Positions 1-8,290 of a stretch of 32,000 bases of DNA are shown in pieces. This DNA is from Thermodesulfobacteriota bacterium. Lineage in GTDB: Bacteria > Desulfobacterota > Desulfobulbia > Desulfobulbales > SURF-16. The stretch is from the NCBI GenBank assembly GCA_040755455.1, contig JBFMAY010000014.1:30308-62307 (forward strand), in the 5' to 3' direction. Each line of letters opens with the position of its first letter. Positions within the stretch are counted from its first letter, which is position 1. Below the pieces are notes generated by a model, which saw only the letters and a program-made list of their open reading frames with translations, made no database searches and had not been told where the DNA came from. The position numbers were made by a program, and so were the translations under genes.

Positions 1-1
1 G

Positions 2-166
2 GAGATTGTCCGTCCCGGCGGCCTGCTGGTGGCGGAATCGAGCTCCGGCGGACATCTGCCGGCGGAGATCTCCCCGTTCTCCCTGAAGGACCAGCGGGTA
101 TATGGCGAGGCCGGTTTCTGGTTCTACAGGAAAAAGGACAGGGAAAAAGAGAGGGACATCTTGTGA
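2..166 (+). CDS. rsmD: 16S rRNA methyltransferase RsmD-like, C-terminal end (5' partial at window edge)
   Basis: The frame is open from the window edge to TGA at 164-166. It translates EIVRPGGLLVAESSSGGHLPAEISPFSLKDQRVYGEAGFWFYRKK, which resembles the RsmD C-terminus (GGxxxxE ... YG.t.l.fY). The stop overlaps the coaD GTG start (GTGA). rsmD-coaD is a classic synteny. Confidence 0.55.
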   Translation, partial: EIVRPGGLLVAESSSGGHLPAEISPFSLKDQRVYGEAGFWFYRKKDREKERDIL

Positions 167-687
167 GTGATTACCAGCCGTTTATCGCGCCCGACGTGAC
201 AGAGCGCATAGCCGTTTATCCCGGCACCTTTGATCCGATCACCATGGGGCATCTTGATATCATCCAGCGTGCCCTGCATCTGTTTGACAAGGTGGTCATT
301 GCCGTTGCCGAAAATGTGGCGAAAAAGACCCTGTTTCCGCTGGATGCGAGGCTGGCGATGATACGCGACTGTTTTCCGCCCGATGAGCAGCGGGTTGAGG
401 TGGCGGCGGTGAAAGGCCTGCTGGTTGATTACGCCTACACCAAAGGGGCCAGGGCCATTGTCCGCGGTCTGCGGGCCGTTTCCGATTTCGACTATGAGTT
501 TCAGCTGGCCCTGATGAACCGCCGTATCGAGCGCGAGGTGGAAACGGTTTTTCTCATGACGGGATTCCGCTGGATCTATATCAGTTCCAGCATCATTAAA
601 GAGGCGGCCCGGCATGGCGGGGATGTCAGCGGCCTGGTGCCGGACCATGTCTGTGAAAAGCTGCGCCAGTGTTTTCTGGTAAAATGA
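163..687 (+). CDS. coaD: phosphopantetheine adenylyltransferase
   Basis: The 174-aa ORF carries the nucleotidyltransferase signature AVYPGTFDPITMGHLDIIQRA and the conserved ...SSSIIKE... C-terminal region. The GTG start overlaps the upstream stop; an alternative GTG lies at 196. Confidence 0.95.
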   Translation: MSDYQPFIAPDVTERIAVYPGTFDPITMGHLDIIQRALHLFDKVVIAVAENVAKKTLFPLDARLAMIRDCFPPDEQRVEVAAVKGLLVDYAYTKGARAIVRGLRAVSDFDYEFQLALMNRRIEREVETVFLMTGFRWIYISSSIIKEAARHGGDVSGLVPDHVCEKLRQCFLVK

Positions 688-924
688 TGAAGACAACTTG
701 CTGAGTTGTTATAGCGCATGCAAATAAGTTGGGTTATCCGTTTTTTTATGAAGTTTCTTTTTCTAAAGAAACCGGAATTCAGTGGTTGGGAAACAAGAAG
801 TAAGGTGAAAAAAATAAGTTATTCCGGCTTCCTCCTTCCGCCTTCCTCCTCTGTGGCGTCCACAGTCGGCCGCCGACCCGTGCCGGCAGCAGTTGTCCGT
901 GTCGTCAAGGCCAGGGGTTAGCGC

Positions 925-1335
925 ATGGCAGAGCAGCGCAGGACTTTTCTGCTCAATGGCTGGGACTGGATTCGGCTTGCCGCCACCGCCGCACTCTGTT
1001 ATCCTCTGTTGCGTTTCGTCAAATTCAAGGTGCCGAAGAAGCCGCGCCTGGTCAAGGTGGAAAAATTGATGAAGATCGGGGATGTGCATCTTGACCAGGA
1101 ATTCGTCCTTTTTCATGATGCATCCGATACCTGGGCGGTTTCCCGTATCTGCACCCACCTCGGCTGCCGGCTTCATTTCAGTGAAAAGGAACATCTGCTC
1201 ATCTGTCCGTGCCACCAGAGCATGTTCACCCCCAGAGGGGTGAGGATTTCCGGACCGGCGAAAAGGAATCTGCCGCTTTTTGCCGTGGAGAAGATGAGTG
1301 GTGAAAATGTCAAGGGTTATATCGTCTCCCTGTAG
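925..1335 (+). CDS. Rieske [2Fe-2S] protein with twin-arginine signal/anchor
   Basis: Rieske boxes CTHLGCRL and CPCHQSMF (CxHxGC...CxCH). The N-terminus has a QRRTFLL Tat motif followed by a hydrophobic helix. It sits immediately upstream of a cytochrome b gene. Confidence 0.85.
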   Translation: MAEQRRTFLLNGWDWIRLAATAALCYPLLRFVKFKVPKKPRLVKVEKLMKIGDVHLDQEFVLFHDASDTWAVSRICTHLGCRLHFSEKEHLLICPCHQSMFTPRGVRISGPAKRNLPLFAVEKMSGENVKGYIVSL

Positions 1336-1350
1336 GGCCGGACTCTGACT

Positions 1351-2181
1351 ATGAAGCGTTTTCTGCTGGAAACAAAATGGGGCGCCATGAGCCTCGTCGC
1401 CCTCTATGTCTCGATTTTGTCAGGCGTCGTCCTTGCCCTGCAGTATGACGAAGCCCACCCGTTCTACTCCGCCACCTCCCTTGATCTGCTCATTCCCTTC
1501 GGTATTTTCTGGCGCTCCCTGCATTTTTATTCAAGCCAGATTTTTTTCCTGCTCTCCGCCGTCCATCTTGTCGCCGTCCTTTATGGCCCGTCCGACCGTC
1601 TTTCCCTGCAGAAATGGATCTGGCTCATTGCCAGCATGCCGGTGGGGCTGCTGCTGCTGTTCACCGGTTATGTGCTGCGGGGTGACGCCACCGGTGAGTC
1701 CGCCGGGCTGATTGCGGAAAATATCTGTCTGTCCATTCCGGTCATCGGCAGCATGCTCAATTCGCTGCTGTTTGCCATTACCGAGGAGGGGATGAAACGG
1801 GTCTATGCCAACCATATCATCGGGCTGGTAGTCCTGTGGCTCGTTTTCGCCTGGGATCATCTGCGCCGCTATCGGGTGGCCGTTGAGGAGCACGGATGGT
1901 TTGTGCTGGGGATTTTCGCTTTTTCCCTCATCTTTCAGGCGCCGATGGAACCCATGCAAATGGGGGTGTTTCATATCTCCGGTCCCTGGTTTTTTCTCGG
2001 CCTGCAGGAACTGCTCCGTTATCTGCAGCCGTTTGTGGCCGGCGTCATGGTTCCGCTGCTGTTTCTGGTCTCCCTGGCCTTTCTGCAGACCAACCGGCAG
2101 TGGGGCAGGAGGGCCCGGTTGTTTGCCGGCGGCTGGTTGATCCTCTATGGCGGCATCACCCTTGTCGCCCTGGGCAGATGA
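1351..2181 (+). CDS. cytochrome b/b6-like membrane protein (Rieske/cyt b module)
   Basis: Polytopic 276-aa ORF with two bis-His pairs in hydrophobic helices: LHFYSSQIFFLLSAVH (H-x13-H) and NHIIGLVVLWLVFAWDH (H-x14-H, b6-like spacing). It lies 15 nt downstream of the Rieske gene. The start is uncertain; an alternative ATG lies at 1387. Confidence 0.8.
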   Translation: MKRFLLETKWGAMSLVALYVSILSGVVLALQYDEAHPFYSATSLDLLIPFGIFWRSLHFYSSQIFFLLSAVHLVAVLYGPSDRLSLQKWIWLIASMPVGLLLLFTGYVLRGDATGESAGLIAENICLSIPVIGSMLNSLLFAITEEGMKRVYANHIIGLVVLWLVFAWDHLRRYRVAVEEHGWFVLGIFAFSLIFQAPMEPMQMGVFHISGPWFFLGLQELLRYLQPFVAGVMVPLLFLVSLAFLQTNRQWGRRARLFAGGWLILYGGITLVALGR

Positions 2182-2440
2182 ACCGGCGCGTGCCGCCCGG
2201 TAAACTTTCTTTTCCGGGGGCATGATGCAAATCCCGTGAAAAGCCGATGAGAAAAAAAAGAATATACTTTTACCTGACATTGGCAAATAATAATAATGAT
2301 TCGGTAAATGAGCTGCCGGGGCCGGATCGGCCGGCAGTATCCCATAAAATGGTGCCGGCTGCCCGGATGGCGGGGGCGTATTGCCGGTAAAGACGGTGAA
2401 GTTATCTGCCGCATCCGGTTTGTCAGGAGAGGGTGAATAG

Positions 2441-3556
2441 ATGGGAAGCCTTCTTGAAGCACAGTTTAAGATTGTCAGTGCCAAGGATTGCCCTTTATAC
2501 GCGGAAGGGGAAGAGTTCCGTCTGTCCGGGGTTGCCCTGCATCCGCCGGCCGGCAAGCCGGCCTGCCTTTTTTTGGCGCGCGAGATCACGGAGATTGTGG
2601 TTGAAAGGATGGAGGCTGATTCCACCACGCCAGGCCTCGCGGAGAAAAGAGAAAAAAAGGACAAGAAGGAATTCAACTGCAGCGGCTGCAGCGGGCTGAT
2701 CAAGTTCGCCTACGTTGAGGAGAGCAAATTTTACACCCCGCAGATGCGCATGCTGGCGGCGGCGGAAAACCGTGAGCAGTCGCGGAAAATGGGTTCTCTT
2801 TTCAGTATGATGAACACCTTTTCCTTTTTTCAGACCCTGGAAGAGGACAGCCTGAAAGATATCTTTTCCTGCCTTACCATGAAGAACTTCGCGGCGGAGG
2901 AAATGGTTCTGCACCGCGGCCATTCCGGCCGCTATCTCTATTTTATCGTTTCCGGCCGGGTGGCGGTGCTTGATGAGAATAACATCACCATCGCCTTTCT
3001 CGGCCGGGGTGAAATTTTCGGCGAGATGAGCCTGTTCAGCGGTCAACCTGTCTGCGCCTCAATCAAGGCCGTCGAGCCGGTAAAAATCCTGACCCTTTCC
3101 GGCAAGGATCTGAGCCAGATTCTGATCAGGCATCCTTTCCTGCAGATGGCCTTTACCCGCCTGCTGGTGCAGCGCCTGGCCGAGACCAATATCAGTCACG
3201 CGGAAAAGATGTCCCTGGCCTTCACGGGGCAGCTCATGGAGCTGCCGCCCTCCGAGCTTTTCCAGATGCTCAATGAAAATGTCAAGACCGGCATGGTGGA
3301 GCTTGATCTCAGCGATGGACCTGCCACGGTCATCTTCAGCGAGGGCGAGGTGGTCAGGTCCCGCTATAAGGGGCTGGAGGGAGCAGAGGCCTTTTATGCG
3401 ATCCTCAAGGCGCAGAAAGGGCGTTTCAAGTTCTCCTCGTCCATCTCTCTTGAGGAGATGGGGGCGCCGCCGATTGCCAGTTTCATGAAGCTGCTGATGG
3501 ATGGCTTGCGGAAAATCGACGAGGAACACCCCCACGAAGAGGAAGAGGAAACTTGA
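2441..3556 (+). CDS. cyclic-nucleotide-binding domain protein with C-terminal DUF4388 (PATAN-like) domain and Cys-containing N-terminal region
   Basis: cNMP-binding beta-barrel signature RGEIFGEMSLFSGQPVCASIKAVEPVKILTL. The C-terminal block ELPPSELFQMLNENVKTGMVELD...VIFSEGEVV...GLEGAEAFYAILKAQKGRFKF matches the DUF4388 pattern. N-terminal Cys residues include NCSGCSG. RBS GGAGAGGG precedes the ATG. Confidence 0.8.
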   Translation: MGSLLEAQFKIVSAKDCPLYAEGEEFRLSGVALHPPAGKPACLFLAREITEIVVERMEADSTTPGLAEKREKKDKKEFNCSGCSGLIKFAYVEESKFYTPQMRMLAAAENREQSRKMGSLFSMMNTFSFFQTLEEDSLKDIFSCLTMKNFAAEEMVLHRGHSGRYLYFIVSGRVAVLDENNITIAFLGRGEIFGEMSLFSGQPVCASIKAVEPVKILTLSGKDLSQILIRHPFLQMAFTRLLVQRLAETNISHAEKMSLAFTGQLMELPPSELFQMLNENVKTGMVELDLSDGPATVIFSEGEVVRSRYKGLEGAEAFYAILKAQKGRFKFSSSISLEEMGAPPIASFMKLLMDGLRKIDEEHPHEEEEET

Positions 3557-3561
3557 CATGT

Positions 3562-3580
3562 GGGGGGGCTTTACCTCCCC
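3562..3580. terminator. short GC hairpin between convergent genes (possible bidirectional terminator)
   Basis: GGGGGGG-cttta-CCTCCCC forms a 7-bp stem with one G.U pair. It lies in the 31-nt gap between the convergent stops at 3556 and 3588. There is no clear U-tract. Confidence 0.3.
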
Positions 3581-3587
3581 TCTGCTG

Positions 3588-3977
3588 TTAATAACCGCCT
3601 TTGACCTCGATTTGGCATGGTTTGACCGCAGCGGATTTGGGCAGATGGAGATAGAGAACCCCCTGCTGGAATTCCGCCGTGGTTTTTTCCGCATCGATTC
3701 CTTTGGGCAGGGTGAACACCCGGCGGTAATCCGTGGAGTCGAATTCCTGTCGCTGGCATGTCCCGGTAAATTTGCCGGTAAAAGTACCCTCTATGGTCAG
3801 GATATTGTTTTCCAGGTTGATTGACAGATCATCCTTGGCAACACCGGGCAAATCCGCCACCAGCAGTATTTCGTCATCATTGACAAAAATATCCACATCC
3901 GGGGTGCTGCTCTTGCCGGGTTTGAAAACTTCCGCCGCCTGCTGGGCCGGTTTAACCATTTCACGTTCCGTGCTCAT
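3588..3977 (-). CDS. Hsp20/alpha-crystallin family small heat-shock protein
   Basis: The 129-aa ORF carries the alpha-crystallin core LLVADLPGVAKDDLSINLENNILTIEG ... FTLPKGIDAEKTTAEFQQGVLYLHLPK. RBS AGGAGGTGA lies upstream. Confidence 0.9.
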   Translation of the reverse strand: MSTEREMVKPAQQAAEVFKPGKSSTPDVDIFVNDDEILLVADLPGVAKDDLSINLENNILTIEGTFTGKFTGTCQRQEFDSTDYRRVFTLPKGIDAEKTTAEFQQGVLYLHLPKSAAVKPCQIEVKGGY

Positions 3978-3990
3978 TGCTCACCTCCTG

Positions 3991-4434
3991 TTACGCTGCC
4001 TGAACAACAATTTTTTTCGGTTTTGCGGCCTGGGCCTTGACCAGTGTCACCGTCAGCATGCCGTTTTTTAAACTGGCGGAGGTCTTCTCCGTGTCAATTT
4101 CCACCGGCAGAGTGAAGCTGCGCGAAAAGGGCGCCACGTTGCGTTCCTGCCGCAGGATGGCATAACCTTCCGGCGTGTTCTCTTTCCGTTCACCTTTAAT
4201 GGTGAGCAGATTGTTGTGGAGTTTGATATTGATTTCATCTTCGCTTACGCCGGGGAGTTGGCTGTAAACAAGGATATGATCGCCGTCGTCATAGAAATTG
4301 GTCGGCGGCCAGACGCCGCCCTGGGGGAAATTGGCCCGGCCGCTTTCAAAGTCTTCAAAAAGCCTGTTCATCTGGTTTTTGAAGAAATCCATTGTGCCGA
4401 AAATTCTGTCAATGTCGTTGAGTCTTCTGAACAT
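3991..4434 (-). CDS. Hsp20/alpha-crystallin family small heat-shock protein (tandem copy)
   Basis: Alpha-crystallin core ILVYSQLPGVSEDEINIKLHNNLLTIKGERK ... FTLPVEIDTEKTSASLKNGMLTVTL. I chose the ATG at 4434 (MFRRLND...) because GGAGGAG lies 5 nt upstream. The track ORF extends to 4503. Confidence 0.9.
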   Translation of the reverse strand: MFRRLNDIDRIFGTMDFFKNQMNRLFEDFESGRANFPQGGVWPPTNFYDDGDHILVYSQLPGVSEDEINIKLHNNLLTIKGERKENTPEGYAILRQERNVAPFSRSFTLPVEIDTEKTSASLKNGMLTVTLVKAQAAKPKKIVVQAA

Positions 4435-4796
4435 GATTTCTCCTCCCTCTTTCTGGTTAGTGGCTGGAAAATAGCTAAAACCTTTCGTGTGATGTGGCTG
4501 CATCAGTGATGATAATGGAGTGCAATTGGTAATTTTCTTTTTTATATCAATACGTTAAATTTTGTGTTTAAAAGATAATTGCGCTTGCCTTTAAAGTCAA
4601 GGCAGCCCCATGACAGGCATTGAGGATTTTTTGCGGTTTCACTGCCGCCCTGTTTGGGTGGCAATGTTCTGGGTGGGGAGATCTGCGGCGACAACCGGGA
4701 TATCGAAATTCGCGGATGATCCTCCTGATGGGCCGGGTTGGGGATGGCCGGGAGAAAAACCGGCTATACGGCCGGGTGCGCGGAAAAGCTAAAGGC

Positions 4797-5197
4797 TTAC
4801 GCGGGGATCATTTCTTTTTTCTTTATTTCCGCCTTGCGGATAACGGCCAGGAACTTGTCGAGCTTGAAAGGCTTGGCCAGGAAATCAAATCCTCCTCTGT
4901 TGAAGGATTGTTTGGCAGTTTCCATGGTGGCAAAACCGGTAATAACGATGTGTTCCACTTTCTGGACCCCCAGGACATCAGCATTCATCACCTCGACAAT
5001 TCGTCTGGCGATTGCGGTCGTATTTTCCTGCTTTTGGCATTAACCAGCCGTCCCATGAAGGTGCGCACCTTCCTTTCGAAGCTCCCAAAAGTCAAGGTGA
5101 TGCCGCCGGGGTCTTCACCGGGAATGGTACCGATTTCGGCCTGAAAATTATAGCGGGAAAAGAGATTGTTGAGATTAAAGGTGCCGACTCGGACCAT
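4797..5197 (-). pseudogene. chimeric, frameshifted remnant: EEP-family (endonuclease/exonuclease/phosphatase) N-terminus fused to the C-terminal third of a response-regulator receiver domain
   Basis: AGGAGG plus the ATG at 5197 gives MVRVGTFNLNNLFSRYNFQAEI..., an EEP N-terminal motif. That frame stops at 4988. The adjacent frame continues the EEP pattern (ENTTAIARRIVEVMNADVLGVQKVEH, cf. DVLxLQEVE). It then switches abruptly to IVITGFATMETAKQSFNRGGFDFLAKPFKLDKF, the receiver alpha4-beta5 region, and ends at 4797. The frame switch lies in the A-rich run near 5025-5040. Confidence 0.45.
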
Positions 5198-5320
5198 GGG
5201 TAGCCTCCTGCTGGAAAGCTGGTGGATTACTTTTTTCAGTTGTGACGATTTTATCAATTCTGCAAGATTCTTCATAATCATCGCAGATTATCCGTGCTGT
5301 CAAGCCTGGTATGCATCCGC

Positions 5321-6193
5321 CTAGTCCGGCAGGCTGGTAATCCGGAAGCGTTGCAGATCCGCCATTCCATGCCACTGCGGCAACCGTGGGGTCGGTCCGT
5401 CAATCCGCACCAGCGGAGGCTCGCGATCCGCCAGTCCGTTGATCTTGGCCCACAAGGTGATGTCGCCCCAATATTGCGGAGGCGTGTCAGCGGCTGCCAC
5501 GGCGGAGAAGATCTCGGCCGGGGTCGCGCAGCCTCCACGGATCGCCTGCAGGGCCAGGGACTCAAGCCGCCCCAATCCGCTGGCCGGATCGGGCTGTTCG
5601 CAAAGCCATCGTCTCACTGCGGCGGGAATCCAGGGCAGGGGCGCAGCAACGCTGCCTGACATTTCGGCCAGGAGTTGCAGGTCCTGGGTGGCAAAGGCCC
5701 GGTCCGCCACCACAGCGAAGCGAAACTGGTCATCGGTAACCGGACGCCGTTGGTCATACAGGGAAGCGAGTTGGGAGGGCTCAAGCTGGCCCAGTCCGTT
5801 GAACGGCGCGATGCCGGGATAGGCGTCCACACAGAGAAGTTCAACTTGCCGGATACCCTGGTACAGCATACAGGCAAGAATGTGGACGAGCATGGACTGA
5901 TCAAACAGGCAGGGGTCAAACCACAGGACAATCCGTTCATATTCTGCGGCGGTGGCGATCCTGCGGTACTGGCTTATTAACGTGTTCAGCACATGATCCC
6001 TGTCCAGCCCTCCGCCGGTTGCCTGTTCAAGAAACCAGGCCCGGGCAATAAGGGTATCATCCGTTGGCCAGCCGGGATTCCGGGGGCCATCGTAGAGGAT
6101 GTCGTGCCAGACAAAAACCTCTCCATTCAGGCCGGATTTGGCGAGATTACTGCCGGCGAGATCGCCGCTGGTGATATGGAGGGTGGTGGTCAT
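5321..6193 (-). CDS. DUF1835 (plus DUF3658-like) domain protein
   Basis: The 290-aa ORF has the N-terminus LHITSGDLAGSNLAKSG...VFVWHDILYDGP, typical of the DUF1835 pattern (lHi..GdsaggsL ... D.L..GP). Family recalled from memory, not searched. Confidence 0.6.
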   Translation of the reverse strand: MTTTLHITSGDLAGSNLAKSGLNGEVFVWHDILYDGPRNPGWPTDDTLIARAWFLEQATGGGLDRDHVLNTLISQYRRIATAAEYERIVLWFDPCLFDQSMLVHILACMLYQGIRQVELLCVDAYPGIAPFNGLGQLEPSQLASLYDQRRPVTDDQFRFAVVADRAFATQDLQLLAEMSGSVAAPLPWIPAAVRRWLCEQPDPASGLGRLESLALQAIRGGCATPAEIFSAVAAADTPPQYWGDITLWAKINGLADREPPLVRIDGPTPRLPQWHGMADLQRFRITSLPD

Positions 6194-6386
6194 GAATGTA
6201 TTTTACCTTGCAGAGAGAGCTGATCATCATTTTGGCTTTATGGGCAGCAATTAACAAGGGGGCAGAACCATTTCCCTTGCTTTCTTTGATTGTTTTTCGA
6301 TGCCCCCGTATTGTGGTTGATTGATACGAAAAAAATGACCAAGTTGAGTCAACAGTTAACGTGACTCTATTTTGAACCCATTTCGC

Positions 6387-6584
6387 TCACATCTGTTTTA
6401 AATTGATTTCGTTATGGAACTCGCCTTCCACCTCTTTCACGACCGCCTGGCCCGCGATGACATTTTTTCCGTCAAAGGTCAGGGTCGGATTGCCGTACAG
6501 CGTCCAGCCGTTGTTGAGCTTGGCGCATACTCTTTTGCAGAATGTTTCATCATCGGGTCCGGTAAGGTAGGAGTATAATTTCAT
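6387..6584 (-). CDS. DUF1737 domain protein
   Basis: The 65-aa ORF MKLYSYLTGPDDETFCKRVCAKLNNGWTLYGNPTLTFDGKNVIAGQAVVK matches my recollection of the DUF1737 consensus. Confidence 0.65.
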   Translation of the reverse strand: MKLYSYLTGPDDETFCKRVCAKLNNGWTLYGNPTLTFDGKNVIAGQAVVKEVEGEFHNEINLKQM

Positions 6585-6929
6585 TGTTCACCTCTTGCGT
6601 AATTAAATATTCCTTCTGTTGTCGACAACTGCGCGGGTTCGAGCGCGGAAGTGGTCTGGCCCTGCCGGGCGGTAGTGTTTACGCCGACCGTCGTGGAGGG
6701 GGTTCACCTTCTGCCTCCTGCCGATTTCTGGCGGAGCAGGCAATATTCCGTTGTGCGGACTTGGCGGCCAGACCGGGATGCCTTTCGATTTCTGCTGAGG
6801 CTTGCTGGATTGAACGTCCGGCATGGGCGTCAAGTCACCTTGAAGCGCAACTGTAATAGGGGTATTCCTAGCATAACTGCCATGCCGCAGGCAAGGGTGT
6901 TGGCATATTTATTTTAAAAAAATGGGCGG

Positions 6930-7220
6930 TTATTGCACGCCGTCAATGGCCAGGATTTCGCCTTCGGCTGCACCTTCACGGAGTTTTCTGACCTGCTGGT
7001 ATTCGGGCGAGTTATAGAATTTCTTGGCCTGCTCCATGCTGGGAAATTCGATCAAGACAACTCGGCGTTTTTCCTCGGGACCTTCCAGGGTCACCGTTTC
7101 TCCGCCGCGGGCAATATGTCTGCCCCCGAATTTGGCAATGACGGCAGGGGTTGCCTGCAGGTAATGGGTGAATCTGTCCCAGTCGGTGACGTTCGCCCTC
7201 ACTATAAGATATGCAGCCAT
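6930..7220 (-). CDS. DUF1330 domain protein
   Basis: The 96-aa ORF MAAYLIVRANVTDWDRF..YL...PAVIAKFGGRHIARGGE..TLEG......VVLIEFPSMEQAKKFYNSPEYQ has the typical DUF1330 (dimeric alpha-beta barrel) pattern. Confidence 0.8.
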   Translation of the reverse strand: MAAYLIVRANVTDWDRFTHYLQATPAVIAKFGGRHIARGGETVTLEGPEEKRRVVLIEFPSMEQAKKFYNSPEYQQVRKLREGAAEGEILAIDGVQ

Positions 7221-7283
7221 ATCGGTAATTCTCCTTATTGCAGATAGCCAAAAAAATAAATTTCAAAGGGCGTGCGGCCGTGT

Positions 7284-7490
7284 TTAATACTTTTTGCCGG
7301 GGCCGTATTTTTTCATGCGCCGCCACAGGGTGGTGAGGGGGATGCCGAGAATCCCGCTGCTCTGTTTGCGGTTGTTGCCGGTGATATCAAGGACCCTGGT
7401 GATATGCTGTTTCTCCATCGTCTCAAGGGAGAGCAGGTCCTCGCCCTCGGAGGTGGTGAAGGCCAGTTTTCTAAGGTCAGCCGGCCACCT
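7284..7490 (-). pseudogene. orphan Fis-type helix-turn-helix: C-terminal remnant of a sigma54-dependent (NtrC-family) activator, or a stand-alone 44-aa HTH ORF (ATG at 7418)
   Basis: This frame is not in the ORF track. The minus strand translates ...DLRKLAFTTSEGEDLLSLETMEKQHITRVLDITGNNRKQSSGILGIPLTTLWRRMKKYGPGKKY*, with the stop at 7284-7286. That is the canonical end of NtrC-type activators. An in-frame TAG lies at 7491-7493, and I found no AAA+ remnant in any frame upstream. Confidence 0.5.
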
Positions 7491-7709
7491 CTATTTTCCA
7501 TGGTTTCTCCCCTGTCCGTGCAAAAATGTCGTAACGGTCAACTTGCAATATGCGTGATATACCATGGGGCGACCGGTTGCCAACAAGAAACTTTGTGTCG
7601 GGGAAATAAGAGATCGGGAAGGATGATCTGCGGGATTTACTGGCCAGGTGGGGCGCTGCGGCGGCGAGGCATCGCTGCCGGCTGGACGGCATTGCCAGGG
7701 CGCTGGCTG

Positions 7710-8144
7710 TTATTTGGCGAATTGGTCAAGCAAATTGCCGTTGCCGAGAAACTGCAGGGTATTGATGTGCTCACCCTGGTCATTGTAAAGGGTCAAGGCA
7801 TTGGTGCCGGCCAGGGAAACCTTGCCGCATCTGGTGATATAGCTGTCATTTGCGACCGAGCGGAGAGCCCGGCGCAGACAGAGATTGTCGTTTTCATCAA
7901 TATGCCATTTCTCTGTTGCGCGGATGCTGCCGGAGGGATAGAGAATGGTGTATCTGCCGTCCTTGGCAAAGTAAATATGGCTGTTTTGCTGGTTTTCGCC
8001 GCTGTCTGCCATAATGAAGGTTCTGTCGGAGAGAATCTTGGTCAGTTCAGCGGCGGGAAGATACTGTCCCTGGGCGGAAGCGAAGGGAACCTGTGGCAGA
8101 AAGGGAACGAACAGCAGAAAAAGAAACAGGATGGTTTGGTGCAT
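7710..8144 (-). CDS. hypothetical exported protein
   Basis: The 144-aa ORF has a clear signal peptide, MHQTILFLFLLFVPFLPQVPFASA|QG. I recognised no family. Confidence 0.6.
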   Translation of the reverse strand: MHQTILFLFLLFVPFLPQVPFASAQGQYLPAAELTKILSDRTFIMADSGENQQNSHIYFAKDGRYTILYPSGSIRATEKWHIDENDNLCLRRALRSVANDSYITRCGKVSLAGTNALTLYNDQGEHINTLQFLGNGNLLDQFAK

Positions 8145-8290
8145 AATGACTCCCCGTGCAAGATGCGTTGCCGGTATGAAAAAAGGTCAAAGGCGGGCTA
8201 TTCCCTTACCTGTCAGGATAAACCCGCCCTTGCACGGGTGTCAAGAGAGAATGACGTGAGAGCAGGGTGGGATTATCCTGCCCGGTGCTG

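Noticed and set aside
718-921. A 67-aa plus-strand ORF in the coaD-Rieske intergenic region
   Set aside because: It has no RBS and an odd composition (Ser/Pro/Val run). It overlaps an AT-rich hairpin (GTTTCTTT-ttct-AAAGAAAC, 753-772). This is more likely non-coding leader or promoter DNA.
4505-4620. Possible sigma54 (-24/-12), sigma32 or CIRCE elements upstream of the hsp20 tandem
   Set aside because: TGGGGC-N-TTGA has the wrong GG-to-GC spacing. GAGTGCAA has no TTAGCACTC partner 9 nt away. CCCCAT occurs on the wrong strand. Only a weak sigma70-like TTGACT-17-TATCTT on the minus strand remains, which is not strong enough to report as a feature.
6585-6929. A 345-bp ORF-poor spacer upstream of the DUF1737 gene, considered as a riboswitch or other ncRNA. 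It contains the 12-bp palindrome GTTGTCGACAAC at 6618-6629.
   Set aside because: I could not match it to any riboswitch core I know (cobalamin, c-di-GMP, ZTP, TPP, fluoride). It may be a degraded gene or a long 5' UTR. It is noted only within the decay-region finding.
4797-7490. The idea that the receiver fragment (4797-~4950) and the Fis-HTH fragment (7284-7490) are two halves of one NtrC-type gene split by an insertion
   Set aside because: Both are on the minus strand, so the receiver (N-terminal) part would have to lie at higher coordinates than the HTH. The order is reversed. The receiver fragment also ends in its own stop codon.
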